A stretch of DNA of 38,310 nucleotides from Candidatus Nealsonbacteria bacterium (GTDB taxonomy: Bacteria > Patescibacteriota > Minisyncoccia > Minisyncoccales > RBG-13-42-11): positions 1-38,310 of the forward strand of contig JAHXGL010000004.1 in NCBI GenBank assembly GCA_019923655.1, written 5' to 3'. Shown here one piece after another: positions 36,339 to 38,310 of this stretch. The position numbers and the translations under genes are program-made. Within the stretch, counting starts at the first letter, position 1. Each line of letters opens with the position of its first letter. The notes beneath the pieces are model-generated. The model saw only the letters and a list, made by a program, of their open reading frames with translations, was not told the origin of the DNA and searched no databases.

Positions 36339-37441
36339 AAATAATAATAGCTGTTTTAATTTTCGTTCTGTCCGCTGTTCCTGTTTTTCAGCAATCTGAA
36401 ATTTTAGCCGCAAGGAAAATAGACATTAACACTGCTTCTTATGAAGAGCTGCAAGAAATAATCTGGGTTGGCCCGGCTATAGCCCGAAGAATAAGAGAGT
36501 CCAGGCCGTTTTATTCTTTAGACGACATTATTAAAGTGAGGGGTATAGGCAAAAAACGGCTTGAAGACATTAAAAAACAAGGATTGGCTTGGGTTAATCC
36601 GGAAACAAAACCTAGCCCAGAGCTTGAGCGCAAAATACAGCCAGAACAAGAGCAGAAGCCGGTACCAGAGCAAGAACTGCAACCCAGCCCTGAACCGCAA
36701 GCCATTGTTTATCCTTCTAATGTCTTAATAAATGAAATCCTGCCTTCGCCAGAAGGCCCGGACGCTGAAGAAGAATGGATTGAAATTTTTAACCAGAATA
36801 ATTTTGAGGTTAATCTTTTCGGCTGGCAAATAACAGACACTATTGGCAGAACTAAAATCTATGTTTTTCCTACTAAAACCTTGATTGAGCCAAAAAGATT
36901 TTTAGTTCTTAGCCGACCAATCAGTAAAATTACTCTAAACAATGACCAGGATGCCTTAAAGCTTTTACGTCCAGATGGAAAAATTGCTGATTCAGTGAAA
37001 TATGAAAAAGCGCCAAGAGGAAAATCATACAACCGGCCCCTATTAGACAATGACAATTTAACAGACGCAAATAGCCCTGAATGGTTTTGGAGTTCTGTTT
37101 TAACCCCTGGAATGGCAAATATCAGCCCTGTTGTCTTTTCAGCAGAAGAGGCAGTAAAACAAACAGAAGAACAAAAAGCAAAATTTACTGAAGAGCCCTT
37201 AAAAAGAGAGCCTGCCCTGAAATATGGATTAGGGGCTATTAAAGAACAGGTTCATTTTCCAGAGCAACGAAATAAAGTTTCCAAATCCGAATGGATTTGG
37301 AAGACTAAAGTTTCCAAATTCTTTGGGTTTTGGAATGCCCTTGAAAGGAAAAATATGCCTGTTTTCGTAATCGCCTTGGTTGTTGCTCTCTTCTCCGGGA
37401 CAATAATTTTAATCCTTAAAAGAAAAATTAAAACAAGTTAA
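36335..37441 (+). CDS. ComEA-type HhH + lamin-tail-domain membrane protein
   Basis: Signal peptide, 'IDINTASYEELQEI..VGPAIA..VRGIG', LTD 'INEILPSPEG..EWIEIFN..LTPG', C-terminal TM. Confidence 0.85.
   Translation: MKIIIAVLIFVLSAVPVFQQSEILAARKIDINTASYEELQEIIWVGPAIARRIRESRPFYSLDDIIKVRGIGKKRLEDIKKQGLAWVNPETKPSPELERKIQPEQEQKPVPEQELQPSPEPQAIVYPSNVLINEILPSPEGPDAEEEWIEIFNQNNFEVNLFGWQITDTIGRTKIYVFPTKTLIEPKRFLVLSRPISKITLNNDQDALKLLRPDGKIADSVKYEKAPRGKSYNRPLLDNDNLTDANSPEWFWSSVLTPGMANISPVVFSAEEAVKQTEEQKAKFTEEPLKREPALKYGLGAIKEQVHFPEQRNKVSKSEWIWKTKVSKFFGFWNALERKNMPVFVIALVVALFSGTIILILKRKIKTS
37273..37338 (+). repeat. Two 33-bp palindromic units in frame within the gene
   Basis: TAAAGTTTCCAAATCCGAATGGATTTGGAAGAC plus a degenerate second unit. 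47 bp align with 33580-33534 (minus strand), differing only in the loop. Confidence 0.85.
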
Positions 37442-37505
37442 AAAAATAGAAAACAAGAGATCTCCTTGAAATTTTGCCATTTTTCTTTTTAATGTGTATA
37501 AATCT

Positions 37506-38105
37506 ATGAAAGAAAAAATTAAAAACAAAAAAATAGAAAATGAGAATGTAATTTATGTTTTTATTGATGCATCAAATGTTTGGAGCGCCGTAAAGTCGGT
37601 GAAGAAGTTTATTGAATACAAAAAGCTTAAAAATTATTTTAGAAATAATTTTAATGCTAGCAATGTTGAAATTTTTTATTATGACGCCTACCCAAAAGAA
37701 GGAACAAGAGAACATAACTTGGATGGAAAACATAAATTCTACACATATCTCAAGAAAGGCCTTGATTTTACCGTAAGGAAAAAAGAATTGAAAAGAATTT
37801 CTATTATTAGCGAAAATGGAGAATCTATTATGGAAAAAGGGAATATGGATGTGGAAATAACTATTGACGCCCTGCATAATATGAATAAATACGATACAGC
37901 TGTTTTATTTAGCGGTGATGCTGATTTTTTGGCATTGGTAAGTTATTTGAAAAATCGCAACAAAAAAATTTATATTTTTTCATCAAAAGATAATATTTCT
38001 CATGAATTAAAAACTGGCTGTGATGGTTATTTTGACCTAAAAAATATAAATGAATTTTGGGGTAAAGATTTAAAATATCGCATAAAAAAAACTACCCTCG
38101 ACTAA
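37506..38105 (+). CDS. NYN/LabA-DUF88 (PIN-like) nuclease
   Basis: 'FIDASN', 'EKGNMDVEITID', 'SGDADF'. Acidic active-site residues are present. Confidence 0.92.
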   Translation: MKEKIKNKKIENENVIYVFIDASNVWSAVKSVKKFIEYKKLKNYFRNNFNASNVEIFYYDAYPKEGTREHNLDGKHKFYTYLKKGLDFTVRKKELKRISIISENGESIMEKGNMDVEITIDALHNMNKYDTAVLFSGDADFLALVSYLKNRNKKIYIFSSKDNISHELKTGCDGYFDLKNINEFWGKDLKYRIKKTTLD

Positions 38106-38159
38106 GAGGGTAGCCCTGGGATGTATAACCCTAACGGTTCTATGGAAGAACCGAAAGAC
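38084..38159 (-). ncRNA. Predicted ~75-nt sRNA convergent on the NYN gene
   Basis: Promoter TTGACA-N16-TACACT (38193-38166, extended -10), hairpin CGGTTCT/AGAACCG, and terminator CTACCCTC/GAGGGTAG + U8. Confidence 0.65.
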
Positions 38160-38265
38160 ATTATCAGTGTAGCAAGCTAATACCCATTGTCAAGTGTTGA
38201 AAACTAAAAAATCGTAAAAATAGCAAAATTTAGTTTTTGGAAATAAAATATATGAAAATAAATCT

Positions 38266-38310
38266 ATGAAAGAAAAAATTAAAAACAAAAAAATAGGGAC
38301 TTTTCCGAAT
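38266..38310 (+). CDS. Start of a downstream gene (MKEKIKNKKIGTFPN..), truncated by the window edge
   Basis: The ATG lies within the second copy of the 39-bp repeat, and the frame is open to the end of the window. Confidence 0.4.
   Translation, partial: MKEKIKNKKIGTFPN

Larger units (their letters stand above)
37498..38296 (+). repeat. 39-bp perfect direct repeat (37498-37536 and 38258-38296) bounding the NYN unit
   Basis: ATAAATCTATGAAAGAAAAAATTAAAAACAAAAAAATAG occurs twice, 760 bp apart. Confidence 0.93.

Overview
This is an AT-rich bacterial chromosomal segment. Gene content and style suggest Patescibacteria/CPR, probably Parcubacteria (inference, not a database result). Most genes lie on the minus strand and are housekeeping: metG, rny, clpP, tig, nusA, greA, ppaC, mgtE, rtcB, murE, rpsT, holA, a stand-alone PolA 5'-3' exonuclease, tsaE, a PilB/GspE ATPase, two ComEA + lamin-tail-domain proteins, tRNA-Pro, tRNA-Gly and a probable 6S RNA. 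The notable signal is in small non-coding and mobile DNA. (1) An intact tnpB is accompanied by a near-identical orphan copy of its right-end/omegaRNA region 14 kb away, between an ECF sigma gene and comEA; a second, gene-less IS605-type element lies on the other side of the sigma gene. (2) A NYN/LabA nuclease gene has a convergent, self-contained ~75-nt sRNA, and the unit is bounded by 39-bp direct repeats. (3) Two integron-like cassettes lack an integrase, and each gene is bracketed by its own inverted repeats. (4) There is a 235-bp highly structured MITE-like element. (5) A TTCCAAATCC..GGATTTGGAA palindrome family sits inside genes and inside a terminator. All coordinates and pairings were read by eye, and no searches were run.
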